DNA of 64,000 bases from Paragordius varius (Eukaryota; Animalia; Nematomorpha), in assembly GCA_964247055.1 (NCBI GenBank), contig OZ176056.1, positions 62,001-126,000 on the forward strand. The letters run 5' to 3'. Under the pieces are notes generated by a model. The model saw nothing but the letters and a program-made list of their open reading frames with translations, did not search any database and was not told where the DNA came from. Position numbers and translations under genes: made by a program. This document shows, piece by piece, positions 8,562 to 22,400 of this stretch (its first letter is position 1; the number at the start of each line of letters is the position of its first letter).

Positions 8562-11500
8562 GGCTACCTAAAATCCAAATTTGATCAGGTGATGTCACCA
8601 TAATTTTTTTTGGGTAGCCCTATGGTAGTTCCATCATCACCCCAAATATTGTCGAGATCGGAGTATAAATGTAATTTTTTTGAATTTTTTTGAATTTTTT
8701 AAATATTTAAAAAATTTATTTAATACGATTTTAAAAATAAAAATGGCTACCTAAAATCCAAATTTGATCAGGTGATGTCACCATAATTTTTTTTGGGTAG
8801 CCCTATGGTAGTTCCATTATCACCCCAAATATTTTCGAGATCGGAGTATAAATGTAATTTTTATGAATTTTTTAAATATTTAAAAAATTTATTTTATACG
8901 ATTTTAAAAATAAAAATGGCTACCTAAAATCCAAATTTGATCAGGTGATGTCGCCATAATTTTTTTGGGTAGCCCTATGGTAGTTCCATTATCACCCCAA
9001 ATATTTTCGAGATCGGAGTATAAATGTAATTTTTATGAATTTTTTAAATATTTAAAAAATTTATTTTATACGATTTTAAAAATAAAAATGGCTACCTAAA
9101 ATCCAAATTTGATCAGGTGATGTCACCATAATTTTTTTTGGGTAGCCCTATGGTAGTTCCATCATCACCCCAAATATTTTCGAGATCGGAGTATAAATGT
9201 AATTTTTATGAATTTTTTAAATATTTAAAAAATTTATTTTATACGATTTTAAAAATAAAAATGGCTACCTAAAATCCAAATTTGATCAGGCGATGTCACC
9301 ATAATTTTTTTTGGGTAGCCCTATGGTAGTTCCATCATCACCCCAAATATTTTCGAGATCGGACTATAAATGTAATTTTTATGAATTTTTTAAATATTTA
9401 AAAAATTTATTTTATACGATTTTAAAAATAAAAATGGCTACCTAAAATCCAAATTTGATCAGGCGATGTCACCATAATTTTTTTTGGGTAGCCCTATGGT
9501 AGTTCCATCATCACCCCAAATATTTTCGAGATCGGAGTATAAATGTAATTTTTATGAATTTTTTAAATATTTAAAAAATTTATTTTATACGATTTTAAAA
9601 ATAAAAATGGCTACCTAAAATCCAAATTTGATCAGGTGATGTCACTATAATTTTTTTGGGTAGCCCTATGGTAGTTCCATCATTACCCCAAATATTTTGG
9701 GGATCGGACTATAAATGTAATTTTTATGAATTTTTAAAATATTTAAAAAATTTATTTTATACGATTTTTAAAATAAAAATGGCTACCTAAAATCCAAATT
9801 TGATCAGGTGATGTCGCCATAATTTTTTTTGGGTAGCCCTATGGTAGTTCCATCATCACCCCAAATACTTTGGGGATCGGACTATAAATGTATTTTTTAT
9901 GAATTTTTTAAATAATTAAAAAATTTATTTTATACGATTTTAAAAATAAAAATCGCTACCTAAAATCCAAATATGATCAGGTGATGTCACCATTATTTTT
10001 TTTGGGTAGCCCTATGGTAGTTCCATCATCACCCCAAATATTTTCGAGATTGGAGTATAAATGTAATTTTTATGAATTTTTTAAATATTTAAAAAATTTA
10101 TTTTATACGATTTTAAAAATAAAAATGGCTACCTAAAATCCAAATTTGATCAGGTGATGTCACCATAATTTTTTTGGGTAGCCCTATGGTAGTTCCATCA
10201 TCACCCCAAATATTTTCGAGATCGGAGTATAAATGTAATTTTTATGAATTTTTTAAATATTTAAAAAATTTATTTTATACGATTTTAAAAATAAAAATGG
10301 CTACCTAAAATCCAAATTTGATCAGGTGATGTCACCATAATTTTTTTGGGTAGCCCTATGGTAGTTCCATTATCACCCCAAATATTTTCGAGATCGGAGT
10401 ATAAATGTAATTTTTATGAATTTTTTAAATATTTAAAAAATTTATTTTATACGATTTTAAAAATAAAAATGGCTACCTAAAATCCAAATTTGATCAGGTG
10501 ATGTCGCCATAATTTTTTTGGGTAGCCCTATGGTAGTTCCATCATCACCCCAAATATTTTGGGGATCGGACTATAAATGTAATTTTTATGAATTTTTTAA
10601 ATATTTAAAAAATTTATTTTATACGATTTTAAAAATAAAAATGGCTACCTAAAATCCAAATTTGATCAGGTGATGTCGCCATAATTTTTTTTGGGTAGCC
10701 CTATGGTAGTTCCATCATCACCCCAAATATTTTGGGGATCGGACTATAAATGTAATTTTTATGAATTTTTTAAATATTTAAAAAATTTATTTTATACGAT
10801 TTTAAAAATAAAAATGGCTACCTAAAATCCAAATTTGATCAGGTGATGTCACCATAATTTTTTTTGGGTAGCCCTATGGTAGTTCCATCATCACCCCAAA
10901 TATTTTCGAGATCGGAGTATAAATGTAATTTTTATGAATTTTTTAAATATTTAAAAAATTTATTTTATACGATTTTAAATATAAAAATGGCTACCTAAAA
11001 TCCAAATTTGATCAGGCGATGTCACCATAATTTTTTTTGGGTAGCCCTATGGTAGTTCCATCATCACCCCAAATATTTTCGAGATCGGAGTATAAATGTA
11101 ATTTTTATGAATTTTTTAAATATTTAAAAAATTTATTTTATACGATTTTAAAAATAAAAATGGCTACCTAAAATCCAAATTTGATCAGGTGATGTCGCCA
11201 TAATTTTTTTGGGTAGCCCTATGGTAGTTCCATCATCACCCCAAATATTTTGGGGATCGGACTATAAATGTAATTTTTATGAATTTTTTAAATATTTAAA
11301 AAATTTATTTTATACGATTTTAAAAATAAAAATGGCAACCTAAAATCCAAATTTGATCAGGTGATGTCGCCATAATTTTTTTTGGGTAGCCCTATGGTAG
11401 TTCCATCATCACCCCAAATATTTTGGGGATCGGACTATAAATGTAATTTTTATGAATTTTTTAAATATTTAAAAAATTTATTTTATACGATTTTAAAAAT

Positions 11501-13409
11501 AAAAATGGCTACCTAAAATCCAAATTTGATCAGGCGATGTCACCATAATTTTTTTTGGGTAGCCCTATGGTAGTTCCATCATCATCCCAAATATTTTCGA
11601 GATCGGAGTATAAATGTAATTTTTATGAATTTTTTAAATATTTAAAAAATTTATTTTATACGATTTTAAAAATAAAAATGGCTACCTAAAATCCAAATTT
11701 GATCAGGTGATGTCGCCATAATTTTTTTTGGGTAGCCCTATGGTAGTTCCATCATCACCCCAAATATTTTGGGGATCGGACTATAAATGTAATTTTTATG
11801 AATTTTTTAAATATTTAAAAAATTTATTTTATACGATTTTAAAAATAAAAATGGCTACCTAAAATCCAAATTTGATCAGGTGATGTCACCATAATTTTTT
11901 TTGGGTAGCCCTATGGTAGTTCCATCATCATCCCAAATATTTTCGAGATCGGAGTATAAATGTAATTTTTATGAATTTTTTAAATATTTAAAAAATTTAT
12001 TTAATACGATTTTAAAAATAAAAATGGCTACCTAAAATCCAAATTTGATCAGGTGATGTCGCCATAATTTTTTTTGCGTAGCCCTATGGTAGTTCTATCA
12101 TCACCCCAAATATTTTAAGGATCGGACTATAAATGTAATTTTTATGATTTTTTTAAATATTTAAAAAATTTATTTTATACGATTTTAAAAATAAAAATGG
12201 CTACATAAAATCCAAATTTGATCAGGTGATGTCACCATAATTTTTTTTGGGTAGCCCTATGGTAGTTCCATCATCACCCCAAATATTTTCGAGATCGGAG
12301 TATAAATGTAATTTTTATGAATTTTTTAAATATTGAAAAAATTTATTTTATACGATTTTAAAAATAAAAATGGCTACCTAAAATCCAAATTTGATCAGGT
12401 GATGTCACCATAATTTTTTTTGGGTAGCCCTATGGTAGTTCCATCATCATCCCAAATATTTTCGAGATCGGAGTATAAATGTAATTTTTATGAATTTTTT
12501 AAATATTTAAAAAATTTATTTTATACGATTTTAAAAATAAAAATGGCTACCTAAAATCCAAATTTGATCAGGTGATGTCACCATAATTTTTTTTGGGTAG
12601 CCCTATGGTAGTTCCATTATCACCCCAAATATTGTCGAGATCGGACTATAAATGTAATTTTTATGAATTTTTTAAATATTTAAAAAATTTATTTTATACG
12701 ATTTTAAAAATAAAAATGGCTACCTAAAATCCAAATTTGATCAGGTGATGTCGCCATAATTTTTTTTGGGTAACCCTATGGTAGTTCCATCATCACCCCA
12801 AATATTTTCGAGATCGGAGTATGAATGTAATTTTTATGAATTTTTTAAATATTTAAAAAATTTATTTTATACGATTTTAAAAATAAAAATGGCTACCTAA
12901 AATCCAAATTTGATCAGGTGATGTCACCATAATTTTTTTTGGGTAGCCCTATGGTAGTTCTATTATCACCCCAAATATTTTCGAGATCGGAGTATAAATG
13001 TAATTTTTATGAATTTTTTAAATATTTAAAAAATTTATTTAATACGATTTTAAAAATAAAAATGGCTACCTAAAATCCAAATTTGATCAGGTGATGTCGC
13101 CATAATTTTTTTTGCGTAGCCCTATGGTAGTTCTATCATCACCCCAAATATTTTAAGGATCGGACTATAAATGTAATATTTATGATTTTTTTAAATATTT
13201 AAAAAATTTATTTTATACGATTTTAAAAATAAAAATGGCTACCTAAAATCCAAATTTGATCAGGTGATGTCACCATAATTTTTTTTGGGTAGCCCTATGG
13301 TAGTTCCATCATCATCCCAAATATTTTCGAGATCGGAGTATAAATGTAATTTTTATGAATTTTTTAAATATTTAAAAAATTTATTTTATACGATTTTAAA
13401 AATAAAAAT

Positions 13410-16400
13410 GGCTACCTAAAATCCAAATTTGATCAGGTGATGTCGCCATAATTTTTTTTGCGTAGCCCTATGGTAGTTCTATCATCACCCCAAATATTTT
13501 AAGGATCGGACTATAAATGTAATTTTTATGATTTTTTTAAATATTTAAAAAATTTATTTTATACGATTTTAAAAATAAAAATGGCTACCTAAAATCCAAA
13601 TTTGATCAGGTGATGTCACCATAATTTTTTTTGGGTAGCCCTATGGTAGTTCCATCATCACCCCAAATATTTTCGAGATCGGAGTATAAATGTAATTTTT
13701 ATGAATTTTTTAAATATTGAAAAAATTTATTTTATACGATTTTAAAAATAAAAATGGCTACCTAAAATCCAAATTTGATCAGGTGATGTCACCATAATTT
13801 TTTTTGGGTAGCCCTATGGTAGTTCCATCATCATCCCAAATATTTTCGAGATCGGAGTATAAATGTAATTTTTATGAATTTTTTAAATATTTAAAAAATT
13901 TATTTTATACGATTTTAAAAATAAAAATGGCTACCTAAAATCCAAATTTGATCAGGTGATGTCACCATAATTTTTTTTGGGTAGCCCTATGGTAGTTCCA
14001 TTATCACCCCAAATATTGTCGAGATCGGACTATAAATGTAATTTTTATGAATTTTTTAAATATTTAAAAAATTTATTTTATACGATTTTAAAAATAAAAA
14101 TGGCTACCTAAAATCCAAATCAGGTGATGTCACCATAATTTTTTTTGGGTAGCCCTATGGTAGTTCTATTATCACCCCAAATATTTTCGAGATCGGAGTA
14201 TAAATGTAATTTTTATGAATTTTTTAAATATTTAAAAAATTTATTTTATACGATTTTAAAAATAAAAATGGCTACCTAAAATCCAAATTTGATCAGGTGA
14301 TGTCGCCATAATTTTTTTTGGGTAGCCCTATGGTAGTTCCATCATCACCCGAAATATTTTGGGGATCGGACTATAAATGTAATTTTTATGAATTTTTTAA
14401 ATATTTAAAAAATTTATTTTATACGATTTTAAAAATAAAAATGGCTACCTAAAATCCAAATTTGATCAGGTGATGTCACCATAATTTTTTTTGGGTGGCC
14501 CTATGGTAGTTCCATCATCACCCCAAATATTTTCGAGATCGGAGTATAAATGTAATTTTTATGAATTTTTTAAATATTTAAAAAATTTATTTTATACGAT
14601 TTTAAATATAAAAATGGCTACCTAAAATCCAAATTTGATCAGGCGATGTCACCATAATTTTTTTTGGGTAGCCCTATGGTAGTTCCATCATCAACCCAAA
14701 TATTTTCGAGATCGGAGTATAAATGTAATTTTATTGAATTTTTAAATATTTAAAAAATTTATTTTATACGATTTTAAAAATAAAAATGGCTACCTAAAAT
14801 CCAAATTTGATCAGGTGATGTCACTATAATTTTTTTTGGGTAGCCCTATGGATGTTCCATCATCATCCCAAATATTTTGGGGATCGGACTATAAATGTAA
14901 TTTTTATGAATTTTTTAAATATTTAAAAAATTTATTTTATACGATTTTAAAAATAAAAATGGCTACCTAAAATCCAAATTTGATCAGGTGATGTCACCAT
15001 AATTTTTTTTGGGTAGCCCTATGGTAGTTCCATCATCATCCCAAATATTTTCGAGATCGGAGTATAAATGTAATTTTTATGAATTTTTTAAATATTTAAA
15101 AAATTTATTTAATACGATTTTAAAAATAAAAATGGCTACCTAAAATCCAAATTTGATCAGGTGATGTCGCCATAATTTTTTTTGCGTAGCCCTATGGTAG
15201 TTCTATCATCACCCCAAATATTTTAAGGATCGGACTATAAATGTAATTTTTATGATTTTTTTAAATATTTAAAAAATTTATTTTATACGATTTTAAAAAT
15301 AAAAATGGCTACCTAAAATCCAAATTTGATCAGGTGATGTCACCATAATATTTTTTGGGTAGCCCTATGGTAGTTCCATCATCACCCCAAATATTTTCGA
15401 GATCGGAGTATAAATGTAATTTTTATGAATTTTTTAAATATTGAAAAAATTTATTTTATACGATTTTAAAAATAAAAATGGCTACCTAAAATCCAAATTT
15501 GATCAGGTGATGTCACCATAATTTTTTTTGGGTAGCCCTATGGTAGTTCCATCATCATCCCAAATATTTTCGAGATCGGAGTATAAATGTAATTTTTATG
15601 AATTTTTTAAATATTTAAAAAATTTATTTAATACGATTTTAAAAATAAAAATGGCTACCTAAAATCCAAATTTGATCAGGTGATGTCGCCATAATTTTTT
15701 TTGCGTAGCCCTATGGTAGTTCTATCATCACCCCAAATATTTTAAGGATCGGACTATAAATGTAATTTTTATGATTTTTTTAAATATTTAAAAAATTTAT
15801 TTTATACGATTTTAAAAATAAAAATGGCTACATAAAATCCAAATTTGATCAGGTGATGTAACCATAATTTTTTTTGGGTAGCCCTATGGTAGTTCCATCA
15901 TCACCCCAAATATTTTCGAGATCGGAGTATAAATGTAATTTTTATGAATTTTTTAAATATTGAAAAAATTTATTTTATACGATTTTAAAAATAAAAATGG
16001 CTACCTAAAATCCAAATTTGATCAGGTGATGTCACTATAATTTTTTTTGGGTAGCCCTATGGTAGTTCCATCATCACCCCAAATATTTTGGGGATCGGAC
16101 TATAAATGTAATTTTTATGAATTTTTTAAATATTTAAAAAATTTGTTTAATACGATTTTAAAAATAAAAATGGCTACCTAAAATCCAAATTTGATCAGGT
16201 GATGTCACCATAATTTTTTTTGGGTAGCCCTATGGTAGTTCCATTATCACCCCAAATATTTTCGAGATCGGAGTATAAATGTAATTTTTATGAATTTTTT
16301 AAATATTTAAAAAATTTATTTTATACGATTTTAAAAATAAAAATGGCTACCTAAAATCCAAATTTGATCAGGTGATGTCGCCATAATTTTTTTTGGGTAG

Positions 16401-19400
16401 CCCTATGGTAGTTCCATCATCACCCCAAATATTTTGGGGATCGGACTATAAATGTAATTTTTATAAATTTTTTAAATATTTAAAAAATTTATTTTATACG
16501 ATTTTAAAAATAAAAATGGCTACCTAAAATCCAAATTTGATCAGGTGATGTCACCATAATTTTTTTTGGGTAGCCCTATGGTAGTTCCATCATCACCCCA
16601 AATATTTTCGAGATCGGAGTATAAATGTAATTTTTATGAATTTTTTAAATATTTAAAAAATTTATTTTATACGATTTTAAAAATAAAAATGGCTACCTAA
16701 AATCCAAATTTGATCAGGCGATGTCACCATAATTTTTTTGGGTAGCTCTATGGTAGTTCCATCATCACCCCAAATATTTTCGAGATCGGAGTATAAATGT
16801 AATTTTTATGAATTTTTTAAATATTTAAAAAATTTATTTTATACGATTTTAAAAATAAAAATGGCTACCTAAAATCCAAATTTGATCAGGTGATGTCACC
16901 ATAATTTTTTTTGGGTAGCCCTATGGTAGTTCCATCATCATCCCAAATATTTTCGAGATCGGAGTATAAATGTAATTTTTATGAATTTTTTAAATATTTA
17001 AAAAATTTATTTAATACGATTTTAAAAATAAAAATGGCTACCTAAAATCCAAATTTGATCAGGTGATGTCGCCATAATTTTTTTTGCGTAGCCCTATGGT
17101 AGTTCTATCATCACCCCAAATATTTTAAGGATCGGACTATAAATGTAATTTTTATGATTTTTTTAAATATTTAAAAAATTTATTTTATACGATTTTAAAA
17201 ATAAAAATGGCTACCTAAAATCCAAATTTGATCAGGTGATGTCACCATAATATTTTTTGGGTAGCCCTATGGTAGTTCCATCATCACCCCAAATATTTTC
17301 GAGATCGGAGTATAAATGTAATATTTATGAATTTTTTAAATATTGAAAAAATTTATTTTATACGATTTTAAAAATAAAAATGGCTACCTAAAATCCAAAT
17401 TTGATCAGGTGATGTCACCATAATTTTTTTTGGGTAGCCCTATGGTAGTTCCATCATCATCCCAAATATTTTCGAGATCGGAGTATAAATGTAATTTTTA
17501 TGAATTTTTTAAATATTTAAAAAATTTATTTAATACGATTTTAAAAATAAAAATGGCTACCTAAAATCCAAATTTGATCAGGTGATGTCGCCATAATTTT
17601 TTTTGCGTAGCCCTATGGTAGTTCTATCATCACCCCAAATATTTTAAGGATCGGACTATAAATGTAATTTTTATGATTTTTTTAAATATTTAAAAAATTT
17701 ATTTTATACGATTTTAAAAATAAAAATGGCTACATAAAATCCAAATTTGATCAGGTGATGTAACCATAATTTTTTTTGGGTAGCCCTATGGTAGTTCCAT
17801 CATCACCCCAAATATTTTCGAGATCGGAGTATAAATGTAATTTTTATGAATTTTTTAAATATTGAAAAAATTTATTTTATACGATTTTAAAAATAAAAAT
17901 GGCTACCTAAAATCCAAATTTGATCAGGTGATGTCACTATAATTTTTTTTGGGTAGCCCTATGGTAGTTCCATCATCACCCCAAATATTTTGGGGATCGG
18001 ACTATAAATGTAATTTTTATGAATTTTTTAAATATTTAAAAAATTTGTTTAATACGATTTTAAAAATAAAAATGGCTACCTAAAATCCAAATTTGATCAG
18101 GTGATGTCACCATAATTTTTTTTGGGTAGCCCTATGGTAGTTCCATTATCACCCCAAATATTTTCGAGATCGGAGTATAAATGTAATTTTTATGAATTTT
18201 TTAAATATTTAAAAAATTTATTTTATACGATTTTAAAAATAAAAATGGCTACCTAAAATCCAAATTTGATCAGGTGATGTCGCCATAATTTTTTTTGGGT
18301 AGCCCTATGGTAGTTCCATCATCACCCCAAATATTTTGGGGATCGGACTATAAATGTAATTTTTATAAATTTTTTAAATATTTAAAAAATTTATTTTATA
18401 CGATTTTAAAAATAAAAATGGCTACCTAAAATCCAAATTTGATCAGGTGATGTCACCATAATTTTTTTTGGGTAGCCCTATGGTAGTTCCATCATCACCC
18501 CAAATATTTTCGAGATCGGAGTATAAATGTAATTTTTATGAATTTTTTAAATATTTAAAAAATTTATTTTATACGATTTTAAAAATAAAAATGGCTACCT
18601 AAAATCCAAATTTGATCAGGCGATGTCACCATAATTTTTTTGGGTAGCTCTATGGTAGTTCCATCATCACCCCAAATATTTTCGAGATCGGAGTATAAAT
18701 GTAATTTTTATGAATTTTTTAAATATTTAAAAAATTTATTTTATACGATTTTAAAAATAAAAATGGCTACCTAAAATCCAAATTTGATCAGGTGATGTCA
18801 CCATAATTTTTTTTGGGTAGCCCTATGGTAGTTCCATCATCACCCCAAATATTGTCGAGATCGGAGTATAAATGTAATTTTTTTGAATTTTTTAAATATT
18901 TAAAAAATTTATTTAATACGATTTTAAAAATAAAAATGGCTACCTAAAATCCAAATTTGATCAGGTGATGTCACCATAATTTTTTTTGGGTAGCCCTATG
19001 GTAGTTCCATTATCACCCCAAATATTTTCGAGATCGGAGTATAAATGTAATTTTTATGAATTTTTTAAATATTTAAAAAATTTATTTTATACGATTTTAA
19101 AAATAAAAATGGCTACCTAAAATCCAAATTTGATCAGGTGATGTCGCCATAATTTTTTTTGGGTAGCCCTATGGTAGTTCCATCATCACCCCAAATACTT
19201 TGGGGATCGGACTATAAATGTAATTTTTATGAATTTTTTAAATATTTAAAAAATTTATTTTATACGATTTTAAAAATAAAAATGGCTACCTAAAATCCAA
19301 ATATGATCAGGTGATGTCACCATTATTTTTTTTGGGTAGCCCTATGGTAGTTCCATCATCACCCCAAATATTTTGGGGATCGGACTATAAATGTAATTTT

Positions 19401-22400
19401 TATGAATTTTTTAAATATTTAAAAAATTTATTTTATACGATTTTAAAAATAAAAATGGCTACCTAAAATCCAAATTTGATCAGGTGATGTCACCATAATT
19501 TTTTTTGGGTAGCCCTATGGTAGTTCCATCATCACCCCAAATATTTTCGAGATCGGAGTATAAATGTAATTTTTATGAATTTTTTAAATATTTAAAAAAT
19601 TTATTTTATACGATTTTAAATATAAAAATGGCTACCTAAAATCCAAATTTGATCAGGCGATGTCACCATAATTTTTTTTGGGTAGCCCTATGGTAGTTCC
19701 ATCATCACCCCAAATATTTTCGAGATCGGAGTATAAATGTAATTTTTATGAATTTTTTAAATATTTAAAAAATTTATTTTATACGATTTTAAAAATAAAA
19801 ATGGCTACCTAAAATCCAAATTTGATCAGGTGATGTCACTATAATTTTTTTTGGGTAGCCCTATGGATGTTCCATCATCATCCCAAATATTTTGGGGATC
19901 GGACTATAAATGTAATTTTTATGAATTTTTTAAATATTTAAAAAATTTATTTTATACGATTTTAAAAATAAAAATGGCTACCTAAAATCCAAATTTGATC
20001 AGGTGATGTCACCATAATTTTTTTTGGGTAGCCCTATGGTAGTTCCATCATCATCCCAAATATTTTCGAGATCGTAGTATAAATGTATTTTTTATGAATT
20101 TTTTAAATATTTAAAAAATTTATTTAATACGATTTTAAAAATAAAAATGGCTACCTAAAATCCAAATTTGATCAGGTGATGTCGCCATAATTTTTTTTGC
20201 GTAGCCCTATGGTAGTTCTATCATCACCCCAAATATTTTAAGGATCGGACTATAAATGTAATTTTTATGATTTTTTTAAATATTTAAAAAATTTATTTTA
20301 TACGATTTTAAAAATAAAAATGGCTACCTAAAATCCAAATTTGATCAGGTGATGTCACCATAATTTTTTTTGGGTAGCCCTATGGTAGTTCCATCATCAC
20401 CCCAAATATTTTCGAGATCGGAGTATAAATGTAATTTTTATGAATTTTTTAAATATTGAAAAAATTTATTTTATACGATTTTAAAAATAAAAATGGCTAC
20501 CTAAAATCCAAATTTGATCAGGTGATGTCACCATAATTTTTTTTGGGTAGCCCTATGGTAGTTCCATCATCATCCCAAATATTTTCGAGATCGGAGTATA
20601 AATGTAATTTTTATGAATTTTTTAAATATTTAAAAAATTTATTTTATACGATTTTAAAAATAAAAATGGCTACCTAAAATCCAAATTTGATCAGGTGATG
20701 TCACTATAATTTTTTTTGGGTAGCCCTATGGTAGTTCCATCATCACCCCAAATATTTTCGGGATCGGACTATAAATGTAATTTTTATGAATTTTTTAAAT
20801 ATTTAAAAAATTTGTTTTATACGATTTTAAAAATAAAAATGGCTACCTAAAATCCAAATTTGATCAGGTGATGTCACCATAATTTTTTTTGGGTAGCCCT
20901 ATGGTAGTTCCATTATCACCCCAAATATTTTCGAGATCGGAGTATAAATGTAATTTTTATGAATTTTTTAAATATTTAAAAAATTTATTTTATACGATTT
21001 TAAAAATAAAAATGGCTACCTAAAATCCAAATTTGATCAGGTGATGTCGCCATAATTTTTTTTGGGTAGCCCTATGGTAGTTCCATCATCACCCCAAATA
21101 TTTTGGGGATCGGACTATAAATGTAATTTTTATGAATTTTTTAAATATTTAAAAAATTTATTTTATACGATTTTAAAAATAAAAATGGCTACCTAAAATC
21201 CAAATTTGATCAGGTGATGTCACCATGATTTTTTTTGGGTAGCCCTATGGTAGTTCCATCATCACCCCAAATATTTTCGAGATCGGAGTATAAATGTAAT
21301 TTTTATGAATTTTTTAAATATTTAAAAAATTTATTTTATACGATTTTAAAAATAAAAATGGCTACCTAAAATCCAAATTTGATCAGGCGATGTCACCATA
21401 ATTTTTTTGGGTAGCCCTATGGTAGTTCCATCATCACCCCAAATATTTTCGAGATCGGAGTATAAATGTAATTTTTATGAATTTTTTAAATATTTAAAAA
21501 ATTTATTTTATACGATTTTAAAAATAAAAATGGCTACCTAAAATCCAAATTTGATCAGGTGATGTCACCATAATTTTTTTTGGGTAGCCCTATGGTAGTT
21601 CCATCATCACCCCAAATATTGTCGAGATCGGAGTATAAATGTAATTTTTTTGAATTTTTTTGAATTTTTTAAATATTTAAAAAATTTATTTAATACGATT
21701 TTAAAAATAAAAATGGCTACCTAAAATCCAAATTTGATCAGGTGATGTCACCATAATTTTTTTTGGGTAGCCCTATGGTAGTTCCATTATCACCCCAAAT
21801 ATTTTCGAGATCGGAGTATAAATGTAATTTTTATGAATTTTTTAAATATTTAAAAAATTTATTTTATACGATTTTAAAAATAAAAATGGCTACCTAAAAT
21901 CCAAATTTGATCAGGTGATGTCGCCATAATTTTTTTTGGGTAGCCCTATGGTAGTTCCATCATCAAACCAAATATTTTGGGGATCGGACTATAAATGTAA
22001 TTTTTATGAATTTTTTAAATATTTAAAAAATTTATTTTATACGATTTTAAAAATAAAAATGGCTACCTAAAATCCAAATTTGATCAGGTGATGTCACCAT
22101 ATTTTTTTTTGGGTAGCCCTATGGTAGTTCCATCATCACCCCAAATATTTTCGAGATCGGAGTATAAATGTAATTTTTATGAATTTTTTAAATATTTAAA
22201 AAATTTATTTTATACGATTTTAAAAATAAAAATGGCTACCTAAAATCCAAATTTGATCAGGTGATGTCACTATAATTTTTTTGGGTAGCCCTATGGTAGT
22301 TCCATCATTACCCCAAATATTTTGGGGATCGGACTATAAATGTAATTTTTATGAATTTTTAAAATATTTAAAAAATTTATTTTATACGATTTTAAAAATA

